Positions 30,661 through 41,259 of a stretch of DNA of 64,000 nucleotides are shown here, piece by piece (position 1 is the first letter of the stretch; each line of letters opens with the position of its first letter). Made by a program: the position numbers and the translations under genes. The DNA comes from Candidatus Parcubacteria bacterium. GTDB taxonomy: Bacteria > Patescibacteriota > Patescibacteriia > UBA1558 > GWA2-36-10. The DNA lies in the NCBI GenBank assembly GCA_018669975.1, contig JABHSK010000001.1, positions 24,394 through 88,393 of the forward strand, written 5' to 3'. A model generated the notes under the pieces. That model was not told where the DNA came from. It made no database searches and saw nothing but the letters and a program-made list of their open reading frames with translations.

Positions 30661-32052
30661 TTAGCAAGCCTCGTCATTTCTAAATAAAGCTCTAGGTGTT
30701 TTTAAAAGAATAATTAGATCCAAGAGCATTGACCAATTTTCTATATAAAAAATATCAAGTTTAGCTTCTTCTGCAAAAGCTAAATTTGACCGTCCTGATA
30801 CTTGAGCCATACCTGTTATGCCTGGCTTTATAGTTAGTAGTTTTTTATAACCACGCTGATACTTAGATACCTCTTCTGGTTCATGAGGCCTAGGTCCAAC
30901 TAAACTCATCTGTCCTCGCAAAACATTAAATAATTGTGGCAGTTCATCAAGGCTAGTGCGTCGTAACCAGCGACCAAATTTTGTTACCCGTGGGTCATTC
31001 TTCATTTTAAATAATGGACCATCATGCCTCTCATTATTCTCCATTATTTCTTGTTTCATTTTATGAGCGTCTTTAACCATGGAACGGAATTTGTACATTT
31101 TAAAAACCTTTCCCTTTATACCGACACGTGACAGGCTGACAAAAATTTGTCCCTTAGAAGTACTTTTAACCAAAATACCTAGCACTAAAAATAAAGGTGA
31201 TAAAATAATTACCAATAATACTGATCCGACAATATCAAAAAAACCTTTGGCTACCCGTCTCCAACCATCTAAAGGCGTACCCTGTATCTCAATAATTGGT
31301 AAGCCAGCTACACTACTAAAATTTAAATTTAAACTATGTGCTTGAAAAAGACTAGCTGCGTACTGAAGTGACAATTGATTTTCTTGACAAAAAGTGAGTA
31401 GGTTTAAAGCATTCTCTTTAGAGATTGAGGAATCAGTTTGAATAATGTTATCAATTTTCCGTTTGTTTATTTTTTCTAAAATATCTCCATTATTTTTTAG
31501 CTCTTCAAGGTCGTCGAATTGAGCAAATACTTTAAATCCAAATTGTGGATTATTTTTATATTCGTCAATAACTAGTTGTCGGTTGCTATCCCTACCCAAA
31601 ACTACAATATTAGCTAAACCGTGCCCACTTTTAAAAAAATAATTTCTAATTATTACAATAATAATTCGACTGATAAATAAATATGCAATTGCTAAAACCC
31701 ACGCCAAGATAATAACAAAACGTGAAGAAAACAATTCTCTTTGCATGAAAATAGCCAGAATTAAAATAACAAAAACTGTAGAAACTCCACTGATTATTCT
31801 TGGTAATTCTCTGGCCAATTTTTTGTTGTCCATTCTATAAAAACCGCTCACAGCAAATACCAAAATAGCAAAAACAGCCACTCTAACAACTAGCGTTAAA
31901 TAATCGCTAAAAAGCATCTCATAAAAAACAGGCCTGATCTCAACTATACTGCTAGAAAACCTTAAATAATAAGCAGAAATTCCTGCTAATGTTAGCAGAA
32001 CAAAATCTATAGGAACCAAAACGATATTTGTAATAAAATCGGCTTTTTTCAT
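30661..32052 (-). CDS. Polyprenyl-phosphate glycosylphosphotransferase (WcaJ/WbaP family)
   Basis: [49 protein letters not shown]. Confidence 0.93.
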   Translation of the reverse strand: MKKADFITNIVLVPIDFVLLTLAGISAYYLRFSSSIVEIRPVFYEMLFSDYLTLVVRVAVFAILVFAVSGFYRMDNKKLARELPRIISGVSTVFVILILAIFMQRELFSSRFVIILAWVLAIAYLFISRIIIVIIRNYFFKSGHGLANIVVLGRDSNRQLVIDEYKNNPQFGFKVFAQFDDLEELKNNGDILEKINKRKIDNIIQTDSSISKENALNLLTFCQENQLSLQYAASLFQAHSLNLNFSSVAGLPIIEIQGTPLDGWRRVAKGFFDIVGSVLLVIILSPLFLVLGILVKSTSKGQIFVSLSRVGIKGKVFKMYKFRSMVKDAHKMKQEIMENNERHDGPLFKMKNDPRVTKFGRWLRRTSLDELPQLFNVLRGQMSLVGPRPHEPEEVSKYQRGYKKLLTIKPGITGMAQVSGRSNLAFAEEAKLDIFYIENWSMLLDLIILLKTPRALFRNDEAC

Positions 32053-32100
32053 AGTACCATTATCATATCACTTCGTATTTATTTAGTAAATATCACATTC

Positions 32101-32129
32101 TTGACAAAAACACCAAAATATTGTATATT
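32101..32129 (+). promoter_or_regulatory. rnpB promoter
   Basis: TTGACA-17 nt-TATATT just upstream of the RNA 5' end. Confidence 0.7.
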
Positions 32130-32135
32130 CATGCT

Positions 32136-32486
32136 GAAAGGTCTAAATTGACTAAGATGATCGCCTCACCTTTGGTGAGGAGGAAAGTCCGAACACCATA
32201 AAAAGGGTAGTTGGTAACGCCAACCGTCCTGAGAGAAATCGAAGGATAGGACAAGTGCAACAGAAAGTATACCGCCTGCAAAGGTAAGGGTGAAAATGTG
32301 GGGTAAGAGCCCACACGTTTATGTGGTGACACATAGAATGAGGTAAACTTCTACCTGGTGAAAGACTAAGTAGGTTTCGTAATGCTACGAAACGGGTAAG
32401 TCGCTTGAGCTTATAAGCAATTGTAAGCCTAGATAGATGATCATCCTTAGACAGAATTCGGCTTATGAGGTCAATTTAGACCTTTT
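32136..32486 (+). ncRNA. rnpB: RNase P RNA
   Basis: GAGGAAAGTCC, AGTGCAACAGAAA, GGTAAGAGC, ACAGAATTCGGCTTA conserved regions; 17-bp terminal helix aaaggtctaaattgact/ggtcaatttagaccttt. Confidence 0.97.
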
Positions 32487-32571
32487 TAGATACCCAAAAA
32501 TCTGTTTGACATCAATAAATATCTATGACAATATATTTAAAAGTTATTGTACACTAAAAAAGGAGAAATAA

Positions 32572-32895
32572 ATGAAGCCAAGTTTCCCTGCTCCCTGTAG
32601 CATAATCACAATCGAGAATAACAAAGTTATTCAGATCGAAAGATGGTGCAAAATAGGAGAAGAGTCTGTTCGTTTTTTAATCCTCTATCAGGACAAACAA
32701 GGCTATGTCTGTTCTAGTGGTAGAGATAAACATCAAATCACTCGAATGAGTAAAGAATTAAAAACAGCCGTATCTGCTTTGGCTGAATTCTTACAAAATT
32801 GCTTTATTGAAGCTTTCAAACTTGATGATCCTGATCAGGAAAAAATAGACGAAATCTTCACCTTTCCTAAATATCAAATAATTTACAAAGAGTAA
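32572..32895 (+). CDS. Hypothetical protein
   Basis: AAGGAG SD, TTGACA promoter, downstream hairpin and T-run. Confidence 0.7.
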   Translation: MKPSFPAPCSIITIENNKVIQIERWCKIGEESVRFLILYQDKQGYVCSSGRDKHQITRMSKELKTAVSALAEFLQNCFIEAFKLDDPDQEKIDEIFTFPKYQIIYKE

Positions 32896-32925
32896 CCCCA
32901 CTTGAGCACACTCAATTCGGGGTTT

Positions 32926-34023
32926 TTATTTTATGATAAAATCAAGGGTTTCTCTTGCTGTTTTTTCCCAAGAAAATTTTTGACACTGCTGGTGTCCCTT
33001 ATTTATCAAATCTTTTCTAAGATCACTACTCTTGATTATTTTCTCTATTTTATTTTTGATATCATCTACATTATCAGGATTAAAATATACAGCCGCATCC
33101 CCTGCCACTTCCCGCAAAACCGATAAATCTGAGCAAGCTACTGGTATACCCACACCCATAGCCTCTAAAACAGGGATGCCAAAGCCCTCAAACTTTGATG
33201 GAAAAGCAAATAAACTAGCCGCTCCTAAAAGTTTGGTATAATTCTGCTGACTAATATAACCCAAAATAATAACATCGTTTTTCAAATCATCTGTACCAGC
33301 TAATTCTTCTATTTGTTTATATCCAAAATTACCAGCTCTACCTGCTAACACCAATGGCCAGCTACGATCAGTTTTTTGGTAGGCACGAATTAAATTAACA
33401 ATATTTTTTTTAGCCTCCAGACGACCAATATATAAAATAAACTTATCTGGCAAATTATAATGATCCCTTATCTTTTCTTGATCACTTAATTCTACTGGCT
33501 TAAAATCTTTTTTATCCCAACCATGATAAATAACTTTTATTTTTGATTCGGCATCAGGATAAAACTTAATTATATCTTTTTTAGTAGCTTCTGAAGGAGC
33601 AATAATCTTATCTGCTTTTTTAATAGTTAATCGATGAGAAACTTTTTGATAAACCCTTTCAATTGGATGATACAATTCTGGATTATTTAAAAATCCTAAG
33701 TCATGGATAGTGGCTGTTACTTCACCACTAGTAAATAATGGTGCTGCATTGCTAGCAAAAAATTTATCTACTGGATATTTTGACAATTCAAAACCAAGGC
33801 GAATATGTGTCCAAAACTTACCAAAAGGCCACTTTAATCTTTTTAATAAAAAATTAGCCGGAACCTCTTGTAGGTCATCGGCTAAAAAATCATTATAATA
33901 AACAACAAACTTGTTGTTGGGATCTATCTTTTTAAATTGTTGAAGCATATGCCACGCATACCATTCAGTGCCTGTTTTTTTAACCTTATTAGCACGACTT
34001 GCTTCTAAGCCTATAGTAAACAT
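32926..34023 (-). CDS. Glycosyltransferase family 4
   Basis: TGTEWY, TIHDL, GRLEAKKN, EGFGIPVLEAM. Confidence 0.92.
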   Translation of the reverse strand: MFTIGLEASRANKVKKTGTEWYAWHMLQQFKKIDPNNKFVVYYNDFLADDLQEVPANFLLKRLKWPFGKFWTHIRLGFELSKYPVDKFFASNAAPLFTSGEVTATIHDLGFLNNPELYHPIERVYQKVSHRLTIKKADKIIAPSEATKKDIIKFYPDAESKIKVIYHGWDKKDFKPVELSDQEKIRDHYNLPDKFILYIGRLEAKKNIVNLIRAYQKTDRSWPLVLAGRAGNFGYKQIEELAGTDDLKNDVIILGYISQQNYTKLLGAASLFAFPSKFEGFGIPVLEAMGVGIPVACSDLSVLREVAGDAAVYFNPDNVDDIKNKIEKIIKSSDLRKDLINKGHQQCQKFSWEKTARETLDFIIK

Positions 34024-35036
34024 TATTTTGCAGATAAAATACTTCTTTTGTACGACTCCAGATTTTCCAAAGCAATACCAGTACCTCTAGCCACACATAA
34101 AAGTGAATCATCTGCAACGTAAGCAGGAACTCCAGTTGCCTGTGATAAAAGCTTATCCATATTACGAAGCAAAGATGTGCCACCTGACAATACCATACCC
34201 TTATCCATAATATCAGCGGATAATTCAGGCGGTGTTTGATACAAGACAGACTTTACTGCTGAAATCAAACCCTGCAATTCATTTTGCAAAGCTTCGGTGA
34301 CATCATCAGAGTTTACTTTGACAGTACGTGGTAAACCAGTAATCATGTCACGTCCTTTAATATCCATTTCAAGCTTTTCTCCTTTTGGTAAATACTGAGC
34401 AGAGCCAATTTTTATCTTTACTTCCTCAGCAGTTCTCTCTCCAATAGCCAAATTATATTTCTTTTTAATAAACTCTCCAATAGCAACATCATATTTATTA
34501 CCACCGATTCTAACTGAAGTGTTAGCTACTACTCCACCTAAGGATATAACCGCTATCTCACTAGTACCACCACCCATATCTACTATCATATGTCCTGAAG
34601 CACTACCAATGGGTATATCTGCACCAATCGCGGCTGCGATGGGCTCTTTAATAATATAGGCAGCTTTAGCACCAGCATTCAGAGTAGCATCGATAACAGC
34701 TCTTCTTTCCGTAGAGGTAATACCTGCTGGTACAGCAATCATAACTTCTGGACGAAATATTTTCATACCACCAACAGCCTTGTTAATAAAATATTTCAAC
34801 ATGCTTTCAGTTGTTTTATAATCTGCAATTACACCATTTTTTAATGGACGAGATGCAACAATAGAGTCTGGAGTGCGCCCAATCATTTCTTTGGCTTCAT
34901 CACCGACGGATAAAACTTTTTTATCAAATACAGAAATAGCCACTACAGATGGCTCATTAATTACTATACCGCGCTTGGGAATATACACTAATGTATAGGT
35001 GGTGCCCAAATCAATTCCTATTTTTTTGATAAACAT
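34023..35036 (-). CDS. mreB: Rod shape-determining protein MreB/Mbl paralog
   Basis: IGIDLGT, NEPSVVA, DMGGGTSE, TPPEL. Confidence 0.93.
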   Translation of the reverse strand: MFIKKIGIDLGTTYTLVYIPKRGIVINEPSVVAISVFDKKVLSVGDEAKEMIGRTPDSIVASRPLKNGVIADYKTTESMLKYFINKAVGGMKIFRPEVMIAVPAGITSTERRAVIDATLNAGAKAAYIIKEPIAAAIGADIPIGSASGHMIVDMGGGTSEIAVISLGGVVANTSVRIGGNKYDVAIGEFIKKKYNLAIGERTAEEVKIKIGSAQYLPKGEKLEMDIKGRDMITGLPRTVKVNSDDVTEALQNELQGLISAVKSVLYQTPPELSADIMDKGMVLSGGTSLLRNMDKLLSQATGVPAYVADDSLLCVARGTGIALENLESYKRSILSAK

Positions 35037-35495
35037 TTATTTTATATCCAATATTTTATAAGTTACTTCGCCGGCTGGTAATTTAATTTCTACTGCATCA
35101 CCAACTGCTTTACCCAGCAGGGCATCTCCTATTGGTGACTCCAACGAAATCTTACTGTTAACTGGATCAGCTTCTGTGCTGCCCACAATAAAAAAACGTT
35201 GCTCCTGTCCATTTTTATCAACGGTCACCTCACAACCAACAGAAACTATGCCTGCTTGGGGATTTTTTTCAGCAAGTACGCAAGTTTTAATTAAGTATTC
35301 CAATTCTAAAATCCTACCTTCTACAAAAGCTTGTTCTTCTTTTGCGTCTTGGTATTCAGCATTCTCTGACAAGTCACCAAACTCTTTGGCTAACTTGATA
35401 CGATCAGCTACCTCGTGTTTCTTTGTGTTTTTTAAGTAGTCCAGTTCTTCCTGGGCTTTACTTAGACCTTCTTTGGTCAATACTTTACTTTCCAT
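35037..35495 (-). CDS. greA: Transcription elongation factor GreA
   Basis: GDLSENAEYQDAKEEQ, ISLESPIG. Confidence 0.96.
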   Translation of the reverse strand: MESKVLTKEGLSKAQEELDYLKNTKKHEVADRIKLAKEFGDLSENAEYQDAKEEQAFVEGRILELEYLIKTCVLAEKNPQAGIVSVGCEVTVDKNGQEQRFFIVGSTEADPVNSKISLESPIGDALLGKAVGDAVEIKLPAGEVTYKILDIK

Positions 35496-35542
35496 AGTTT
35501 ATTTATTTTTTGTTTTATAAATACAAATTATATCATAACAAA

Positions 35543-37447
35543 TTATTTAGAAAAATACCACTCCATAAACTCCCTAACAATAGTGACTGCCAAGCCTCTG
35601 TCTCCACCTTCTTCAACTAAGGCTACTACCACAATTTTGGCATCGTCATAGGGAGCAAATGCGGCAAACCAAGAATGAGGTGTTTTGTTGCGGTTAAACT
35701 GGGCCGTACCTGTTTTTCCAGCAACTTTTACCGGTACAGACTGTAAACTTTGAGCAGTACCATCGGTAACAGCCATCCTCAAACCCCTTCTTATAGTATT
35801 TAAGTTATCAGATGAAATAATATTCGTCAAAGCTATCTGAGGCTCAATAACGGTAATATTCTGATTTTCTGTAGTTTCCTTAACAAAATGGGGCTGATAG
35901 GCTGTGCCATCATTGGCAAAATAGGACATTAACACTCCTGCTTGTAGTGGTGTAGATAGCATGTAACCCTGACCAATAGACAGATTATAGGTATCACCTA
36001 AATACCATCTTTCTCCAAAGGTTTCTTGTTTCCAGTCTTTACTCGGTAAAAAACCATCCACCTCACCAGTCAAATCAATGTTTGTCACCGTGCCTAATCC
36101 AAATTTTTGAGCATAGGCAACTATTTTGTCAGCTCCCAAACCTAAACTGAGCCATTGATTATTACCACCGCCAATTGAGTAAAAGAAAGTGTTAACTGAA
36201 TCTGCTAAGGCCCAATAAATATCAGTTAGCCCATGACCACTTAATCGCCAGTCTGGAAAAAAACTATTACCAACCTCTATACCCCCTGTACTACGCACTG
36301 TAAAATTTCTATCAATTACTCCCTCTTCTAGAGCAGCGGAAGCAACGATGGTTTTAAAAATCGAGCCCATGGGATAAGCACCGCCTATAACTCTATTTAA
36401 TAAGGGTTTATTTTCATCATTAATAATTTTGTTATAATCTTCCTTATTTAAAATAGTTGTAAAAATATTACTATCAAAAGTCGGCAAACTACCCATGGCT
36501 AACACTCCTCCATCCTCTACATCAAGAACCACTGCTGCCATCTTGGGTAAATCATAACGAGCAGCATTATCAAGCATAATCTGATGCAATTTTTCTTGAG
36601 CTTTAGAATCTATTGTTAAAACTAGTTCTCCGCCATCCTCTGGATCACTCATAGACAAAATACTCTTTTCTCTAAATAAAGCGTCTACTTCTATTTCTCT
36701 GATCCCATCCCTTCCTTTGAGAGTAGTCTCATACATGTACTCTAGACCAGTTTTACCAATACGATCGTTAAAACCATAGCGACGGTCTTTAATATCCTCA
36801 TCGGTAACAGCGCCTAAGAAACCAATCATGTGTGACATGCCCAAATTTTCTAAATATTGACGCCTCGGCTCATGTCGAACATTAAGACTAGGTTGCTCTT
36901 CTGATAAAATCATCAATCTAATGGCCGCCTCATATGAAACATTTTCATAAACCAAAACTTTGTCTGCCTCAACGTTGCCCTCCTCTATTCTAATCTCTAT
37001 TTCACCTTCCTCTAACTCTAAAATTTTACTAACCTCATTAAACATCTTTTGTTTAGCTAGTTCATCCTCTGGTATGGCAGCTGGTACTATATATAAGAAA
37101 AAATAAGATATATTTTTTACCATTAAATTACCAAAACGATCATAAATAAGCCCTCGATTGGCCTTAATAACATCTGAACGAATACGATTGCCTTCTGCTA
37201 CATCACGATAATAGGACCCCCTAATCATTTGCAAATATACTGCCCTAGTAAATAAAACAAATAACAACACACTAAAAAGTAAGAATAAAATTCTAATTCT
37301 TTCATTAGAAAAAAATCTTCCCAGTTGTTGAGATTTTCCTACATCATCAACATTTAGATAGTCACCACTATTCCTATCATTAAGAAAATTATTTATACTA
37401 GAGTCGCGTACAGAACCCTCTTGAATTTTAAAAGGATTGTCTTTCAT
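35543..37447 (-). CDS. mrdA: Penicillin-binding protein 2
   Basis: RGLIYDR, GKTGLE, SIFK (SxxK), SVN, KTGTAQ; follows mreCD. Confidence 0.93.
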   Translation of the reverse strand: MKDNPFKIQEGSVRDSSINNFLNDRNSGDYLNVDDVGKSQQLGRFFSNERIRILFLLFSVLLFVLFTRAVYLQMIRGSYYRDVAEGNRIRSDVIKANRGLIYDRFGNLMVKNISYFFLYIVPAAIPEDELAKQKMFNEVSKILELEEGEIEIRIEEGNVEADKVLVYENVSYEAAIRLMILSEEQPSLNVRHEPRRQYLENLGMSHMIGFLGAVTDEDIKDRRYGFNDRIGKTGLEYMYETTLKGRDGIREIEVDALFREKSILSMSDPEDGGELVLTIDSKAQEKLHQIMLDNAARYDLPKMAAVVLDVEDGGVLAMGSLPTFDSNIFTTILNKEDYNKIINDENKPLLNRVIGGAYPMGSIFKTIVASAALEEGVIDRNFTVRSTGGIEVGNSFFPDWRLSGHGLTDIYWALADSVNTFFYSIGGGNNQWLSLGLGADKIVAYAQKFGLGTVTNIDLTGEVDGFLPSKDWKQETFGERWYLGDTYNLSIGQGYMLSTPLQAGVLMSYFANDGTAYQPHFVKETTENQNITVIEPQIALTNIISSDNLNTIRRGLRMAVTDGTAQSLQSVPVKVAGKTGTAQFNRNKTPHSWFAAFAPYDDAKIVVVALVEEGGDRGLAVTIVREFMEWYFSK

Positions 37448-37928
37448 GTTTCTTTGTGTGTAAATTGAAATACAATAAATGCAAAAAAATAACCACCCCT
37501 ATGTTTACTAGAAACATCTTCAACATAGGCATAAACATTTGTTTTTGAAATGTATACAGTTCCCAGCTAAACATAAAATTGGCTAAATAAAATAATAACC
37601 AAAAAATAACAAAAGCTAGAATAGTCAACAAAATAATTGTTAAAATATTTTTTGAGGTTAGAATGGTTAATTGTAAACTACGCAATATAAAAATTATGAT
37701 TAAAAAAATAATAGTATGTAAACCAAATACTCCTGTAAATGAGTCGACAAATAAACCAGCTAGAAAAGCAAAACCATAATAAACCCAGCGTTCTTCCGTA
37801 TTATAATAAGCCAACAAGGTGACTATCAAAAATGGCTGCACGTATTGCCAACCATTATCATAAAAATTTAGTACGGTAAAAAAATAAACCGCCACCAAAA
37901 ATATTAACATTAAAAGTAAATACCTCAT
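37428..37928 (-). CDS. mreD: Rod shape-determining protein MreD
   Basis: Hydrophobic, AGLFVDSF..FG motif, between mreC and mrdA. Confidence 0.8.
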   Translation of the reverse strand: MRYLLLMLIFLVAVYFFTVLNFYDNGWQYVQPFLIVTLLAYYNTEERWVYYGFAFLAGLFVDSFTGVFGLHTIIFLIIIFILRSLQLTILTSKNILTIILLTILAFVIFWLLFYLANFMFSWELYTFQKQMFMPMLKMFLVNIGVVIFLHLLYFNLHTKKHERQSF

Positions 37929-38665
37929 AATGAGTCTATCACTGCTACTATAGATAAAGTATTATAATCAACTATTGGTGATATAGACGCCTCCTTAAAT
38001 AATTCTTCCTGTGAAAAGTTAACCTCCTCAACCACACCAACAACCAATCCTGGCGGAATATTAACATCTAAATCGGCTGTAACTACTAAATCGTTCTTTT
38101 TAATTTCGTGATCCTGGGGAACATAATTCAGGTTCATAGTTAAACCCAAAGAACCAGTCAACAAACCAGAGACTTTTAAACCCTTACCTGTTTTGATTGC
38201 TAATTTACTAAAATTATCAGCTAACAACCTAACCTTGGAAGAATCTATACCAACATCAATAACTTTACCAACGATTATACCATTGTTGATTACTACGGCC
38301 TGGCCAAGCTCTATATTTTGTCCTCTGCCAGCATCTATAATCAAAATATTACGATTAGCTGGATCACGACTCAATATATTAGCTACCACCAAGCTGTATT
38401 CTTTTTCTTTTTTAAAAGATAATAATTCTTTAAGTTGTTGATTCTCCTCAGCTAGTGTTTTTAATCGGTTGTTCTCTGCTAAAAGGTTTTTATATTCTTC
38501 TTCTAAATTGTCTGGTTTAGTCAACAAACTATTGATAGCGCTCTGCGGAGCCAACCAAGATCTAAAAACTACCCCTAAATCAAAAATTTGCCCATTTTTA
38601 AATAAAATAAGTAGGGCAATTATTACCAAAAACAGTAAAAAAATTTTTAGGTTTTGTCTAAGCAT
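37925..38665 (-). CDS. mreC: Rod shape-determining protein MreC
   Basis: TM, coiled coil ENQQLKELL, IDAG, GIIVGKV, PPGLVVG. Confidence 0.9.
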   Translation of the reverse strand: MLRQNLKIFLLFLVIIALLILFKNGQIFDLGVVFRSWLAPQSAINSLLTKPDNLEEEYKNLLAENNRLKTLAEENQQLKELLSFKKEKEYSLVVANILSRDPANRNILIIDAGRGQNIELGQAVVINNGIIVGKVIDVGIDSSKVRLLADNFSKLAIKTGKGLKVSGLLTGSLGLTMNLNYVPQDHEIKKNDLVVTADLDVNIPPGLVVGVVEEVNFSQEELFKEASISPIVDYNTLSIVAVIDSL

Positions 38666-38674
38666 AGTCTAAGT

Positions 38675-39727
38675 TTAGCTTAAACCTGAATCTTTTGTTG
38701 AAGGCAAAATGATATCTTTCAAATTATTAAGATCATCCAGTACTTTACCAGTACCACGTACTACTGCTGTCAACGGCTCATCAGTAATATGTACTGGCAT
38801 TTTTGTCTCTTGAGATATCAAAGTATCCAAACCTCTAAGTAAGGCTCCACCACCGGTAAGAACCATGCCTTTTTCATATAAATCCGCTACTAATTCTGGA
38901 GGTGTGTTCTCAATAGTAGCTTTGATGTTATCCACTATTAATTTAATTGGTTTAGTAATTGCCTCCCGTATATTAGAATCTGTTATTTTTATTTCTTTTG
39001 GTAAACCAGTAAGTAAATCACGACCTCTCATAATAGTCTCTATGGGTTCATTTAAAGGCAAGACAGATGCGGTTTGAATCTTTATTTTTTCTGCGGTACG
39101 TTCTCCTAATAAAATATTAAATTTATCACGAGCATATTGAATAATTGCTTCATTAAGTTTATCGCCAGCCAGCTTAAGTGCTTTCCAGGAAACAACCCCA
39201 CCTAAAGAAATAACAGCTATTTCAGTAGTACCACCACCAATATCTACTATCATACTACCAGTGGCCTCCTGAATCGGTAAGCCAGCCCCAATAGCAGAAG
39301 CCATTGGCTCCTCAATCAACAGAACTTGAGAGGCACCAGCACCCATGACAGCGTCTTCAACAGCCTTTCTCTCTACTTCTGTCACATCCAATGGAATAGC
39401 AATTACCACCCTTGGTCGAGGCATAAGAGTAAAAGACTCACGATGTACTTTTTCAATAAAGTGCTTAATCATTTTTTCTGAAACTTCAAAATCAGAAATA
39501 ACACCATCAATCAAAGGACGAGTAACCGAAATATGCGTTGGTGTTTTTCCAAGCATAATTTTGGCATCTTCACCAACAGCCAAAATCTTTTCGTTCCTAT
39601 TATTAATAGCAACCACTGAAGGCTCATTGATCACAATGCCCTGCTCTCGGACATAAACCAAAGTATTGGCCGTTCCTAGGTCAATACCCATATCTTTAGA
39701 AAAGTTTTTAAAAAATTTCTTTATCAT
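38675..39727 (-). CDS. mreB: Rod shape-determining protein MreB
   Basis: GIDLGTANT, DIGGGTTE, TPPEL, LTGGGALL. Confidence 0.96.
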   Translation of the reverse strand: MIKKFFKNFSKDMGIDLGTANTLVYVREQGIVINEPSVVAINNRNEKILAVGEDAKIMLGKTPTHISVTRPLIDGVISDFEVSEKMIKHFIEKVHRESFTLMPRPRVVIAIPLDVTEVERKAVEDAVMGAGASQVLLIEEPMASAIGAGLPIQEATGSMIVDIGGGTTEIAVISLGGVVSWKALKLAGDKLNEAIIQYARDKFNILLGERTAEKIKIQTASVLPLNEPIETIMRGRDLLTGLPKEIKITDSNIREAITKPIKLIVDNIKATIENTPPELVADLYEKGMVLTGGGALLRGLDTLISQETKMPVHITDEPLTAVVRGTGKVLDDLNNLKDIILPSTKDSGLS

Positions 39728-40965
39728 TATTTATAAAACTCATTTAACTTCTTAACTGCTACTGTAAGAGACATTAGTTCTGTTTTATGATCAGCTCGAT
39801 AAATCAACTCTAAATCATCCTGTTTATCACTAACTATCAACTGCCAACATACTCCTATCAAATCTGCGTCTTTTAGCTTCTTGCCAAAGGAGGTGTCCCT
39901 GTCATCATATAATACCTCAAATCCCTTTTTCTGCAAATCTTGATAGACCTTATCTGCCTTTTTACTGTCTTTTTTGGCTAAGTTTAGCAAATGTACATCA
40001 AAAGGAGTTGTGTTCTTAGTCCAAATAATTCCATCCTTGTCATGATTGGCTTCAACTATCGTTCCCATAGCCCTACCTAAACCAATACCATAACAACCCA
40101 TCACAACATCTTTTTGCTGCCCATCTTTATCAGTAAACTTCAAGGACATTTTATTGGAATATTCATTGCCTAAATTAAATATATTACCAGCTTCAACTGT
40201 TTTTTCTTCACTTAACTTTGCACCACATTTAGGACATTTATCACCAGCCTTTTGTTTGGCTATTTCTTTATTCTGAGCCCAAGCACATTTTTCACACAAA
40301 ATTGTTAAATCTTCACCAGCTTCATTTTTTACCATGAACTCATGAGAGAATTTTTTACTGATAGCACCGCCTGATGCCTCAACTGAAAAAGATTCCAAAC
40401 CCATCCGTTGAAAAATTTTTAAATACGCATCATGAGCTCTTTGATAATACTCATCTAGATCTGATTCATCTGTATGAAAACTATATAAATCTTTCATGCC
40501 AAATTCTCTACCACGAAGCAAGCCGGACTTAGCTCTTTTTTCATCCCTAAATTTAGTTTGCATTTGATACAAATAAATTGGCAGGTCTTTATAAGATGTT
40601 AGGTGTTTTTTAACAATATCAACCACCACCTCTTCGTGAGTGGTTCCTAAACCGACAGCTGAACCATGATGATCTTTGAATTGATACATAATTGGCTCCA
40701 TTTCTTCCCAACGCCCTGTTTGTTGCCATAATTCCTTGGCTTGTAAAACAGGCATCAGTATTTCTTGGCCATCAATTGCATTTATTTCTTCACGAATAAT
40801 ATTTTCAATTTTTCTATAAGTCCTAAGACCTAAAGGTAAATAATTATAGACTCCAGCCATCTGTTTTTCTATAAAACCAGCCTTGGTTAATAATTCGGCG
40901 TTAATACTTTTTTCATCCTGACTAATATCACGCCTAGTTTTACCAAATAATTTTGATTGTTTCAT
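39727..40965 (-). CDS. proS: Proline--tRNA ligase (short, no full editing domain)
   Basis: THEE, KFRDEKRAKSGLLRGREF.MKDLYSF, MGCYGIG. Confidence 0.95.
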   Translation of the reverse strand: MKQSKLFGKTRRDISQDEKSINAELLTKAGFIEKQMAGVYNYLPLGLRTYRKIENIIREEINAIDGQEILMPVLQAKELWQQTGRWEEMEPIMYQFKDHHGSAVGLGTTHEEVVVDIVKKHLTSYKDLPIYLYQMQTKFRDEKRAKSGLLRGREFGMKDLYSFHTDESDLDEYYQRAHDAYLKIFQRMGLESFSVEASGGAISKKFSHEFMVKNEAGEDLTILCEKCAWAQNKEIAKQKAGDKCPKCGAKLSEEKTVEAGNIFNLGNEYSNKMSLKFTDKDGQQKDVVMGCYGIGLGRAMGTIVEANHDKDGIIWTKNTTPFDVHLLNLAKKDSKKADKVYQDLQKKGFEVLYDDRDTSFGKKLKDADLIGVCWQLIVSDKQDDLELIYRADHKTELMSLTVAVKKLNEFYK

Positions 40966-40968
40966 ATA

Positions 40969-41253
40969 TTATGTATTTATTAAACTAATAATCCGCTGCT
41001 TTTCTTGATCCAACACTTCGGTATCATAATCACCACTGTGTGCTGTATGACCTTCATAGCAGGCACCTTTTTGATCCAGGTGCAGTGAAAACTCCAAGCC
41101 ACTCGGCTTTTCTTTAAGGTAAACATGGAAACGCGGAAATTCATTACTGGACAAACGACGAGCAAAACTCTGATTGCGTTTATGTGGGTGATAACCCAGT
41201 CTACGCATCAGATTGAGATGATTTACCTTTATGTTTTCTAATACAAATTTCAT
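40969..41253 (-). CDS. Conserved hypothetical protein
   Basis: FPRFHVY...LHLDQK...HSGDYD; tightly packed in operon. Confidence 0.75.
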   Translation of the reverse strand: MKFVLENIKVNHLNLMRRLGYHPHKRNQSFARRLSSNEFPRFHVYLKEKPSGLEFSLHLDQKGACYEGHTAHSGDYDTEVLDQEKQRIISLINT

Positions 41254-41259
41254 TAGTTT

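Noticed and set aside
32129-32334. Two short minus-strand ORFs
   Set aside because: Antisense to RNase P RNA
34023-39727. Two mreB copies as a novelty or mis-assembly
   Set aside because: Sequences are clearly diverged paralogs; multiple MreB homologs are common
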